Positions 23,087-31,385 of a DNA stretch of 64,000 bases are shown piece by piece. The stretch is from a virus. Both the position numbers and the translations under genes were made by a program. A model generated the notes under the pieces. That model did no database searches. It worked only from the letters and a program-made list of their open reading frames with translations, and was not told the origin of the DNA. The stretch's first letter is position 1. The number at the start of each line of letters is the position of its first letter. Location: IMG/VR virus record IMGVR_UViG_3300037440_000222. The stretch is one strand, 5' to 3'.

Positions 23087-24002
23087 TTCCTAACTCCTCA
23101 TAGGTCACTTCATCATTGATAACTTCTAACTGCAATCGCATCAGGTTAGTCAACTCATTCCGACTAAATCCAAAGAACTCACGCACACCTTCTATCGTCT
23201 TTGCACCAATCCCTTTGATGCGGTCAGTATCCGCGTTAGGATTGGTCAGCCAGCACAGGATACTTGCCACGTCCCCATTGAACTCATCCCATAGTGCTTG
23301 TGCAGTTGTCACTCCAACATTCGGCAGCGCGGTGAGCAAGTTGCGTCCGTCATGCACCTCAACTGGTAGTTGCAACGCGCCTTCCAACTCGGTCATCGTT
23401 GGCTTGGCGTGATAAACGCGCTTGATACCGTTCTTTAGATATTCGTCAACGTGTCTTTCTTTCAACTGTAACCATTGTTCCAGCAGGGATACACGCGGTA
23501 GAAATTCTACAACGCCGCCTCTATCATGCCACTTGCTAACTGCGCTCTGCACAGACCAGTATTTTGCATACGCCTCACGTCCGTCTATCATCGCGTTGCC
23601 GTTGTCCATGCAGTTAAGTGTTCCTATAAATAGCAGGATACATTGTGGCTGGCGTGTACCAAATGAGCGCATCCGTGCAAGTGAATGGTTCATGCGGTCG
23701 CCGATGGACGCAGCTAAGTCGTGACCTTGTTTTCGTTGGATAAGTAGCGCGTATCCGTCCTCAATGTGTTTACGGATAAGATTCTCGTTGGTCATTGGTA
23801 GTTTCAGGTTAGAGACTACGATGTCCGCGCCAGTCATTTCTTCCAATCCGTTTACGACCTTTGCGTGTTCAATAAAAGGCATCAGTGAGGACGTGGATGT
23901 TTCGGAAGGGTCTAGGTATATTGTCATTAGATAATAGTTAGATAATAGCAGGGTAGGGGCAGTCGTATCAACCACCCCTGCCCATCGGATAAGAAAACCC
24001 AA
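23076..24002 (-). CDS. ERCC4/Mus81-type nuclease with C-terminal helix-hairpin-helix repeats
   Basis: GADIVV...GYALLIQRKQGHDLAASIGDRMNHSL resembles the ERCC4 core (gD....iERK...Dl..Si.dgR). C-terminal LPNVGVTTAQAL and IKGIGAKTIEGV are HhH-like. The track start is TTG; ATG at 23927 is an alternative. Confidence 0.5.
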   Translation of the reverse strand: MGFLIRWAGVVDTTAPTLLLSNYYLMTIYLDPSETSTSSLMPFIEHAKVVNGLEEMTGADIVVSNLKLPMTNENLIRKHIEDGYALLIQRKQGHDLAASIGDRMNHSLARMRSFGTRQPQCILLFIGTLNCMDNGNAMIDGREAYAKYWSVQSAVSKWHDRGGVVEFLPRVSLLEQWLQLKERHVDEYLKNGIKRVYHAKPTMTELEGALQLPVEVHDGRNLLTALPNVGVTTAQALWDEFNGDVASILCWLTNPNADTDRIKGIGAKTIEGVREFFGFSRNELTNLMRLQLEVINDEVTYEELGNVG

Positions 24003-24005
24003 GCC

Positions 24006-24761
24006 TTACGCTTGAGATTTCAACTTTGCTAGGAACGGAACAGGGATAGCCCAATTGTCAGACACTTCCTTGATGGGTGTACCCTTTTCCAGTTCTGCGA
24101 TAACCTGACCCTTTAGTTCGTTCCAAGTGTCCTCGGAATAACCTTCGGGGATGTCGGTAGTTGCGGTTGCGACGGGGGTGGAAGTTGTTTCGCCAGAAGT
24201 CGCGCCCTCCGCAAACTGAGCGCGGTTCTTTTCGTAAGCGGCGTATGCTTCGTCCTTCGTTTGGAACACTTTAGCAAGCGCGATAGTGTTGTATTCGGGA
24301 TTACGCGCTTGGGGAACATCATGGACTTCGATATATGAACCATGCAGTTTCGCCAGCGTCTTACTGTAGTTACCAGCATTCATGCTGTCCTTACCGAACA
24401 CGCGCTGTACAGACGGGACAAAAATCTGCCGCCAGTCCTTATCGCCAACGTTGACATTGCGCTCGTACTGAAAATCTAATTCAGGGTTGAATTCCTGAAT
24501 GTTGACTGAGAATTTCAGTTGCATCGAACGCGAACGTTTATCGGTCTGACGATAATCTGCAAGCGAGATTTCAACAGGCATACGTTTCTCTTTGACGTTT
24601 CCGTCCGCATCAGTTTCTTCGCCAACCACTTCCCAACGCTGATAAGTTGGGGCGATGGTCAACTGACCAAAGTTCTTGCGGATACCGAACGACTCTGCGG
24701 CTGTAGCTGCTGCTTCGAGTTCATCCAGAAATCCTTCTTCAAACGGGTTTGCGTTATTCAT
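24006..24761 (-). CDS. hypothetical protein (251 aa) in the recombination module
   Basis: ORF track. RBS GGAG. Two 12-bp palindromes lie upstream. Confidence 0.6.
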   Translation of the reverse strand: MNNANPFEEGFLDELEAAATAAESFGIRKNFGQLTIAPTYQRWEVVGEETDADGNVKEKRMPVEISLADYRQTDKRSRSMQLKFSVNIQEFNPELDFQYERNVNVGDKDWRQIFVPSVQRVFGKDSMNAGNYSKTLAKLHGSYIEVHDVPQARNPEYNTIALAKVFQTKDEAYAAYEKNRAQFAEGATSGETTSTPVATATTDIPEGYSEDTWNELKGQVIAELEKGTPIKEVSDNWAIPVPFLAKLKSQA

Positions 24762-24925
24762 TAGAATAGTTCTCCTATAGGTGTGATAGTTGGTACACTA
24801 GCTAGTGCATAATGAGTTTTGTGTACAGTTGAATATTCAATTGTCAGTTATCCAATAGAGCCTCCACAACGAAACCTATTTCAACGATGGACAGGATTAT
24901 ATCAACAAATAGTGGTTTAGTCAAG

Positions 24926-25213
24926 TTAATAGTCAACGGTTGAATGAATGCGTCGATAAACTTTCGTACTAGCATCTTCGCGTCCCATCCAGATATGATT
25001 GGATAGAATTGAGCCAGACGTGTATACCCTGATTTTACCAATATCTGCTACTTCAACAAATTTAGGTACGTTGGGTGTGGCGATGTTAACGTAGCAGATG
25101 TCTGGTCAGATGCGGTACTTTTTGAAATAGTATTCGGCGGCTTTACCCACCTTGGCCGTCAATTCGGTCTTTGGGTCGTTATCGAACCATAAAAATCCCA
25201 CGTTCATAGTCAT
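24926..25213 (-). pseudogene. small conserved-looking ORF interrupted by one in-frame TGA (codon 36); pseudogene or readthrough/recoding candidate
   Basis: Own translation: MTMNVGFLWFDNDPKTELTAKVGKAAEYYFKKYRI*PDICYVNIATPNVPKFVEVADIGKIRVYTSGSILSNHIWMGREDASTKVYRRIHSTVDY. TGA is at 25108..25106. The distal part has no start codon of its own. Confidence 0.5.
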
Positions 25214-25216
25214 AAT

Positions 25217-26755
25217 TTACCCTTCCGTTCCTTGTACAAAGAATAGTTCACTTTTAGCACGAGTAATTGCTACATATTTCAAATTGTATTCCTGTTCCAA
25301 CTGCCAACTTTGACGGGACATTTTATGCGGTATGATTTCTGGCAGTAGGATGAACACGCGCTCTGCCTCCAACCCTTTAGCTTTATGAATAGACGAGAAC
25401 GTCACTCCCTGTCGTTCATCGTTGAACACTTCGGCAATACGCACATTCAGGTCAGAGATAGTTTCACATTGGGACGCAAGCGCGATGATAGTATTCGTCT
25501 GGTCGTCAAGGGATGCTGCGCGTGACTCTTTCTTTGCAGACATTAGCTTGACCACTTCTGAGTCCCGATAAGAAACTAATTCGCGCAAGAACGGGGTCAG
25601 GTTATAAATAGATGAACGTTTCTGCACTAACCGAATAAGGTTTTGCAACCCTTTGCCAATGTCTCTACCAAGAACGACTGCTTTAGTTCCTGACCTGATT
25701 AGATGGAACGCAGGCGCGATAAGTGGCGCGTTGACTCTACAGATAACAAAGTCACCTTCTTGTACGTGCGCGGTAAGGTCGGTGTCTAAGATGTAGTGGA
25801 CTTTTCCTTCTGGAGCGTCAGGACGTGGTTCTATGTGGGGGACGATTTGTTGCGCGAGTGAGACTACGGAAGTTGGACAACGGTAAGTGATGGACAGGGG
25901 GAGTTCGATTGCGTTGGTACGTTGCTTGAAATAGTCCATTGCTTCAGTATCGCTACCAGCAAAACCATAAATTGCTTGGGAAACATCGCCTACCCCGATA
26001 ATACGTGTATTTTCATGGGTTGCTTTGAGGATAAATTCGGTCTGAGCGCGGTTTACGTCCTGAAGTTCATCGCAGAAAATGAAATCAAACTGTTGTGCAG
26101 GACAATATCCAATTGCAGTTGCATAAATCATATCGTCAAAGTCTACCCAACGGTCAAGTGCGTCAAATGAACGATTATGAAGTGCGCGTACAGCTTGATA
26201 GATAGTAGTCTCATTCCCGTTTGTATGAATACCGTAGCGGTCAGATAGATAGTCGAGGTTATTATCAGTAGGTTCTAGCAACCATGCTTTAGAAAGAGAT
26301 AGCAGTTCCTTGACTGTGCCACCAAATTGTTTCAACACTTCTCCGTCTGACCAATGTTTAGATTTGGAATAATCATCTAGCAGTAGCCATATCTTTTTTG
26401 CATCGACTTTGACGTGACCAACGTGACTGGTTAGATTTTTTAGACCTAGTGAGTGCAGGGTGGATATGTGGACGTGAGGTAGATGGACACGACGAGATAA
26501 TTCGTCTGCTATGTGCTTATTGAATGCAACGAAAGCGACTTTAGAATTGGTCGGTGTGTAATTTAACGCTTCAACAATCGTCGAGGTCTTCCCCGACCCT
26601 GCGACTGCTTCAACAATAGCATTTCCCTCACCGTTTTCAACAAAGTCAAATACGGCTCGTTGGTAATGCGACCACACGATTTCGTCATTCGGGTCGTCGG
26701 ACGGAAGCGCGTCGGAGTCAATGGATTCTAGTGCGTTGAGAAGGTCGTCGGTCAT
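25217..26755 (-). CDS. UvrD/Rep/PcrA-like SF1 helicase
   Basis: Motifs in order: AVAGSGKTST (I), FIFCDELQDV (II), GVGDVSQAIYGFAGS (III), SITYRCP, SIHKAKGLEAERVFIL (V), YVAITRAK (VI). Confidence 0.85.
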   Translation of the reverse strand: MTDDLLNALESIDSDALPSDDPNDEIVWSHYQRAVFDFVENGEGNAIVEAVAGSGKTSTIVEALNYTPTNSKVAFVAFNKHIADELSRRVHLPHVHISTLHSLGLKNLTSHVGHVKVDAKKIWLLLDDYSKSKHWSDGEVLKQFGGTVKELLSLSKAWLLEPTDNNLDYLSDRYGIHTNGNETTIYQAVRALHNRSFDALDRWVDFDDMIYATAIGYCPAQQFDFIFCDELQDVNRAQTEFILKATHENTRIIGVGDVSQAIYGFAGSDTEAMDYFKQRTNAIELPLSITYRCPTSVVSLAQQIVPHIEPRPDAPEGKVHYILDTDLTAHVQEGDFVICRVNAPLIAPAFHLIRSGTKAVVLGRDIGKGLQNLIRLVQKRSSIYNLTPFLRELVSYRDSEVVKLMSAKKESRAASLDDQTNTIIALASQCETISDLNVRIAEVFNDERQGVTFSSIHKAKGLEAERVFILLPEIIPHKMSRQSWQLEQEYNLKYVAITRAKSELFFVQGTEG

Positions 26756-26761
26756 AAATGG

Positions 26762-26815
26762 CTACCACATTCCTGAATTTTGGGTCAATTTCCGAGTCCG
26801 AGTTGGGTCGGGTTT
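26762..26815. repeat. orphan copy of the TACCACATTCCTGA...GGGTCGGGTTT repeat unit
   Basis: CTACCACATTCCTGAATTTTGGGTCAA...GTTGGGTCGGGTTT lies between the UvrD-like start and the RtcB stop. It is the same two-box unit as the 29.4-29.85 kb array. Confidence 0.6.
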
Positions 26816-26840
26816 CAGTCGTTGTAAATATGTAGTGATT

Positions 26841-28133
26841 CTAGTCACCATCATCTGAACGACCGCCCATTATAACGACTAACGGTTTCATTTCAGCAAC
26901 TATATCAATGAGGTCGGTTTGTTCAGCCAATACTGCATGAATGTTTTTATAAGCTAGGAAAGTCTCGTCTTCAGCTACGCCAAAGTGGAGGATATTTTCC
27001 ATCCGTTGCTTAAATTCTACTTGGTTGTGACGTTTCTTGGCTACTGTGCGGCTAAAAGGTCGTCCCGCGCCATGACTAGATGAATTCAGACTATTCGGAT
27101 TACCTTTGCCGCGCACAATGTAGGACGGTGTGCCAGATGTTCCGGGGATTAGTCCCAATTCGTTCATATGAGCAGGTGTCGCGCCTTTGCGATGCAGGAT
27201 TCCGTTATCAGTCTGCCACGCAAAGTTGTGCCTGTTCCAAATGTTCTGGCGGACTTGTAGGTATGCGATTTTAGCAAAAGTAGTATGGATTAGTTCGTGG
27301 TTAGCATAGGCATATTCGCCCATTAATAGCATAGCCTCAAAATATTCTTGACCAGCGTCGGTATCAAATCTTAACCAGCCATGCTCTTTAGGAATACTGT
27401 TGGCAACACGCTTTGTTTCCTCACTGGCTAACTTAGTATATGCCGTTGCAATTTTGTGTCCTGCGCCTCGACTGCCAGAATGGGTGAGTAATCCGATATA
27501 AGGCGTATTTCCTTCGACTAAAACTAAGTCTGCAAAATGATTGCCACCGCCGCTTGTACCAATTTGTTCAACCGCCTTATTTCTTTGGTTAGCGACTGCT
27601 TGCGAGATTGACCAACGTTTATCGTCAAGGACTGGATGGTCATATCTTTTCCAGCCCTGACCAATTCCGAAATGGGTATTTTCACGCAATAATTTAGCAA
27701 AGTTGTCTCGGTGAGTGACGAATTCTTCGGGAGATAATTGGAACACGGAAAGCATCATCATGCACGAAATATCATAGCCGATGTAACTAGGTGATATAGC
27801 GTTGTCAAGCGCAATCACGCCACCTATAGGTAGTGCGTAACCTAGATGAGCGTCAGGCATCAAAGCACCGTTTAGGGCGGGTGGAATACGGAGTGCGGTT
27901 TCCATTTGTTCAATAGCGGCAGGCTCGATAAGGTCTTTGCCCCAAATGTTGTAGGGTGCGTGTTGTTCAGACATTTTCATTCTAGGTTGTGGTGCGCCAA
28001 AGTGTGAGTGAACAGAAGATAACAGGTCGGCTTCCGTAATATCAGGAGTGGACGCTAACTTTTGCGCATATTGAGCGATTTCGGGATAGTTAGGTTCGTC
28101 CCAATAGTCTGAAAGAAGAGAGTGAGTATTCAT
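26841..28133 (-). CDS. rtcB: RtcB RNA ligase (3'-phosphate/2',3'-cyclic phosphate to 5'-OH)
   Basis: Signature series LMPDAHLGYALPIGG, GGGNHFADL, HSGSRGAGHKIA, NRHNFAW, HRKGATP, IPGTSGTPSYIV, SSSHGAGR. Confidence 0.9.
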   Translation of the reverse strand: MNTHSLLSDYWDEPNYPEIAQYAQKLASTPDITEADLLSSVHSHFGAPQPRMKMSEQHAPYNIWGKDLIEPAAIEQMETALRIPPALNGALMPDAHLGYALPIGGVIALDNAISPSYIGYDISCMMMLSVFQLSPEEFVTHRDNFAKLLRENTHFGIGQGWKRYDHPVLDDKRWSISQAVANQRNKAVEQIGTSGGGNHFADLVLVEGNTPYIGLLTHSGSRGAGHKIATAYTKLASEETKRVANSIPKEHGWLRFDTDAGQEYFEAMLLMGEYAYANHELIHTTFAKIAYLQVRQNIWNRHNFAWQTDNGILHRKGATPAHMNELGLIPGTSGTPSYIVRGKGNPNSLNSSSHGAGRPFSRTVAKKRHNQVEFKQRMENILHFGVAEDETFLAYKNIHAVLAEQTDLIDIVAEMKPLVVIMGGRSDDGD

Positions 28134-28142
28134 AATCAGACT

Positions 28143-28733
28143 TCAATTGAGTGATGAGAATTTTGCATCAAGCGCGTTCTTAATTTCGTCTTCCGTTTTA
28201 CCAAGTATAGTTTTGAGAAAGTCTATATGTTCCTCTGCTTCCTTGATTTCTTGCGTCAATTGTTCAATTCGTTTGCGAAAAACAGATATTCCCTTAGACA
28301 CAATTTCATTCGCGTTTGTAGCTTGAACAAGTGATTTATCAATTTTATCCTGATGTGCAAACAATCCTTTGCCATGCACAATTTTGTAGAATTTAGGAGT
28401 TTCGTCAATGACTTTCGCAAATCCAAATTTTATGACCTGCGAGTATCTGCTTGTACCAACGCGATAGATACGTTTCATATTATCTGTTTTCGTTTCTCCC
28501 TTTATAACCATTTTACGTTCAATCTGTTTCATATGTATAGTGCAGAATCCATGACCCTTGAACGTTTTAGTCGCTTTCTTATGGCATTGGCCTATATCCC
28601 CCCATCGACCATAGGAACGATACACGCTAGCGTGACAACGTGTACCCGCGTTTCGTGGCTCAATTACAATAGAGATATAGTTTTCAAGACGCTCAGTTTT
28701 TATGTCACCCATTTTCTTTATCCTTATGTTCAA
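28143..28733 (-). CDS. hypothetical Cys/His-rich protein
   Basis: ORF track. Contains RCHASVY...CHKKATKTFKGHGFCTIH. Confidence 0.55.
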   Translation of the reverse strand: MNIRIKKMGDIKTERLENYISIVIEPRNAGTRCHASVYRSYGRWGDIGQCHKKATKTFKGHGFCTIHMKQIERKMVIKGETKTDNMKRIYRVGTSRYSQVIKFGFAKVIDETPKFYKIVHGKGLFAHQDKIDKSLVQATNANEIVSKGISVFRKRIEQLTQEIKEAEEHIDFLKTILGKTEDEIKNALDAKFSSLN

Positions 28734-29166
28734 ACGCGCTCAAATCGCTGTCAATCCGTGTAGTCGGTTCTTGCGTGATGGTTACTCCATCAGGACGCAA
28801 TTCTTTAGCAACCTTTTTCAACGCGCTTTCGTCCAGTTTGATACAGATTTTACGCTCCATTGCCCAATTCAACGCCGACTGTTCATTGGATACTGTGATA
28901 ATTGTACGATTGATAACTTTACCACATGGAAAGTCGATTAGACCTTCGTATTTGTACTTTGATAACATTTGTAAGGATAGATTAGATTTTGTCGTACCTT
29001 CCTCTTGGACAAGAGTGGATAATTCTTCGCGCAAGGATTGTAGCTGGCGATATTCGGGTAACTGTTCCAACTTTTCCTGCGCGTTGGCTATCATAGACTT
29101 CTGTGCAAGGATAGATGCGCGAGTGTTAGCAAGGATGGATGCAAGTTCGTTGATACGGTCAGTCAT
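28705..29166 (-). CDS. hypothetical coiled-coil-like protein
   Basis: ORF track. First gene behind the promoter at 29200-29228. RBS AAAGGAGAG. Confidence 0.55.
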   Translation of the reverse strand: MTDRINELASILANTRASILAQKSMIANAQEKLEQLPEYRQLQSLREELSTLVQEEGTTKSNLSLQMLSKYKYEGLIDFPCGKVINRTIITVSNEQSALNWAMERKICIKLDESALKKVAKELRPDGVTITQEPTTRIDSDLSAFEHKDKENG

Positions 29167-29199
29167 TTGAATCTCTCCTTTTTATCTGCAAGTCTATCA

Positions 29200-29228
29200 A
29201 TATTATCACACAAACCAACATTTGTCAA
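29200..29228 (-). promoter_or_regulatory. sigma70 promoter (TTGACA-17-TAATAT)
   Basis: Minus-strand reading is attcaaactcTTGACAaatgttggtttgtgtgaTAATATtg. Confidence 0.65.
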
Positions 29229-29351
29229 GAGTTTGAATACTCAATCCTACCATCCACTTTACCCTTTACCACACTCTCAAAGCTATATATGACTATACGA
29301 AATCATCAATTTTATTAGGTTATCAATTTGTGGAATATTTTTTTCTTTAGT

Positions 29352-29846
29352 TATATACGAAAGATTCCTGAGTTTTGTTACGCATCTTTGTTACAGGTAT
29401 CGTTTTTGTTACGATTTTACTCTACTTTTACGCTTACATAACCTGTCGTTGGCTAATCACATTCCTAAAAACGCGTACCACATTCCTGAAATAGGGTCTA
29501 ACATGGGTCAAAATGTCGGGTCGGGTTGCGTATAGTCATATCGGGTTGGGCGAAAGTCTAAAAACACGTACCACATTCCTGAGATTTGATTGATATAGAT
29601 ATTAACGTCGGGTTCAGTCTGGTTTCTATATGTAGTCAAATCCTAAAAGTGCCTACCACATTCCTGAGTTTTGAACACTTTAATACAATAAGTCGGGTCG
29701 GTCAAGCGGCTACAGGGTGGGGTACATTCCTGAAAGTTGGTTCAATCTACAATTTAGTCGGGTTGTTGGGTTTGGTCAAATATGAAAAGAGGGGGGTACA
29801 TTCCTGAGTTTTTGGTCAAAATAGGGTTAATAGTCGGGTCGGGTTT
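29352..29846. repeat. array of 7 same-orientation, degenerate 70-95-bp units built on an ATTCCTGA core (iteron-like)
   Basis: Cores lie near 29364 (TATATACGAAAGATTCCTGA type), 29461 (ATTCCTAA), and 29476, 29569, 29654, 29722, 29796 ((G)TACC(A)CATTCCTGA type). Most are followed after 25-35 nt by GTCGGGT(C/T)(G)GGTT. The region is a 780-bp gene-free gap. Confidence 0.7.
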
Positions 29847-29884
29847 AGCGCATTTGGGTAGTATAGTAACTCGGTGGGAAGAAA

Positions 29885-29942
29885 TATGCCTGCTGCTTGC
29901 TGTTGCTAATTATTATCAGTCAGTCAGCAAGCAGCAGGCATA
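29885..29942 (-). terminator. intrinsic terminator after 29953..30534
   Basis: Perfect 18-bp inverted repeat TATGCCTGCTGCTTGCTG/CAGCAAGCAGCAGGCATA with a 22-nt loop. AUUUCUUCC follows on the minus strand. Confidence 0.6.
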
Positions 29943-29952
29943 GCTAACGCCA

Positions 29953-30534
29953 CTAGGTTGTGGTCGCCGCTAACAGCCGTTCGATTTGTCGTTTTCTCGC
30001 ATCGGCATCAGCGGCAGCATCAGCGGCAGCATCAGCGGTGGCATAAGCAGCATTAGACGCGACAGTAGCGGCACGGGTAGAATAGGCAGCAGCAGCGGCA
30101 GCATTAGCGGCGGCATGAGCAGCATAAGCAATAGCATAGGCAGCAGCAGCGGCAGCATCAGCGGCAGCATCAGCGGCAGCATCAGCAGCATCAGCAGCAT
30201 CTTTCAATTCCGTTATTGTTGCTTTGCCAATTAGATATAGACGTGCTGCTTCAATAGCCTTTTGTGGCCTGCTGTCATTTGGGTATTTTTCCTCAAAAAC
30301 TGGCAAGACTATCTCGGCTTCTGCCAGGGCGAATTCCTGCACGGTTCGCATCGGCATTGTGTAGCAGGCCAGCCACACTTTATCGGCGGCGGGTATGCGT
30401 TCATCCTTTAGCGCAGTGGATAACTGCACAGATTTACGCCCGCCAAAGAGGGCTTTCAGGTGATCGCGGGTATATTCCGCGCACGGGTTGAGTGCGAGAA
30501 TGCTATCAATTGTCAGTCGTGGATTGTTATTCAT
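29953..30534 (-). CDS. protein with Ala-rich A-A-D/Y periodic repeat C-terminal half
   Basis: ORF track. Contains KDAADAADAAADAAADAAAAAAYAIAYAAHAAANAAAAAAYSTRAATVASNAAYATADAAADAAADADARKRQIERLL. RBS GGAGAG. The other frames through the repeat are also open, which is an artefact. Confidence 0.6.
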   Translation of the reverse strand: MNNNPRLTIDSILALNPCAEYTRDHLKALFGGRKSVQLSTALKDERIPAADKVWLACYTMPMRTVQEFALAEAEIVLPVFEEKYPNDSRPQKAIEAARLYLIGKATITELKDAADAADAAADAAADAAAAAAYAIAYAAHAAANAAAAAAYSTRAATVASNAAYATADAAADAAADADARKRQIERLLAATTT

Positions 30535-30578
30535 CGTTTATCTCTCCTGCCCGATACCGTCGGGCGCGGGTTGGTTTG

Positions 30579-30752
30579 CTAGACGTAAAGCGACTTGCGT
30601 TGTGTCTGGTCGAATATGGACTCGTCCCAATCTTGTACAAATAGTAATTGGTTCAGTTCATCCTCGACCGCCGACTCGTCTAACGTCAAGCAGTCATCGC
30701 ATAGGGTAGTGCGTACGGTGACGGGTTCGCCGCAAATAGCGCAGGTGTGCAT
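30579..30752 (-). CDS. 57-aa zinc-ribbon-like protein
   Basis: Own translation MHTCAICGEPVTVRTTLCDDCLTLDESAVEDEL... RBS AAGGAGTC lies before the ATG. Below the track cutoff. Confidence 0.5.
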   Translation of the reverse strand: MHTCAICGEPVTVRTTLCDDCLTLDESAVEDELNQLLFVQDWDESIFDQTQRKSLYV

Positions 30753-30783
30753 GATGGACTCCTTTTGGTAAATAGTTAGTTGC

Positions 30784-31023
30784 TTATGAGTAAGCGTCTA
30801 ATACTGCTGCCAAAACTTCAGCGGGGCATCTATCAAAATCTAGACCTCTATCATAGTTATATATCATTTTGCCATGACGTTTGTCTTCATAACCTGATAC
30901 TTGATAGATTGATAGCTTCGATACGCGCCCATCATTGATACCAAACTTTGAGCCTGAATCATAGACCTTAGCTTGATACCAGTATTCGATTAACTTATGG
31001 ATAATCTTCCCATTGCGCCACAT
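30784..31023 (-). CDS. hypothetical small protein
   Basis: ORF track. RBS AAGGAGTC. Confidence 0.55.
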   Translation of the reverse strand: MWRNGKIIHKLIEYWYQAKVYDSGSKFGINDGRVSKLSIYQVSGYEDKRHGKMIYNYDRGLDFDRCPAEVLAAVLDAYS

Positions 31024-31050
31024 AGTAGACTCCTTTTGTCTAGTGAATGG

Positions 31051-31185
31051 TCAGCTAACTATCACGTACCCAATCGCACATATAAACGCGGTAAGCGATG
31101 CAAGTATCCATATAGCTAACAGGATGATTGTCTCGGTGCGTGTGCGCTGGTTGCGTTTGTGGGTCTTGAGGGTGGTAGTATTCAT
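31051..31185 (-). CDS. 44-aa membrane peptide
   Basis: Own translation MNTTTLKTHKRNQRTRTETIILLAIWILASLTAFICAIGYVIVS. RBS AAGGAGTC. ATGA overlap with the upstream stop. Confidence 0.45.
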   Translation of the reverse strand: MNTTTLKTHKRNQRTRTETIILLAIWILASLTAFICAIGYVIVS

Positions 31186-31373
31186 GCGGACTCCTTATCG
31201 TTTAGGTCTAGCTTTTTTAGGTCTATATGTGCTTGACGCGCCGCTTCCTCTATGGCTGCACGTAGAAGCAACTTTTCTGTCCCTTTGCGCTTTGTATAGC
31301 CATACTTGCGCAAAAGGTAGTAGCGCAATCTGCGTTCTTCATTATCAGATATTTTTATCGTAATAGTTTTCAT
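31182..31373 (-). CDS. hypothetical small basic protein (possibly RHH-like)
   Basis: ORF track. RBS AAGGAGTC. Confidence 0.5.
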   Translation of the reverse strand: MKTITIKISDNEERRLRYYLLRKYGYTKRKGTEKLLLRAAIEEAARQAHIDLKKLDLNDKESA

Positions 31374-31385
31374 GCGGACTCCTTC

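Noticed and set aside
24844-25041. 65-aa minus-strand track ORF.
   Set aside because: It overlaps, out of frame, the distal half of the TGA-interrupted reading frame, which has a far more protein-like sequence. It has no RBS.
29352-29846. Possibility that the repeat array is a CRISPR array or a set of solitary CRISPR-like repeats.
   Set aside because: The conserved boxes are only 8-15 bp, degenerate and not palindromic. Spacing is irregular at 70-95 bp. There is no cas gene or leader-like organisation. This does not fit 28-37-bp CRISPR repeats with 30-40-bp spacers.
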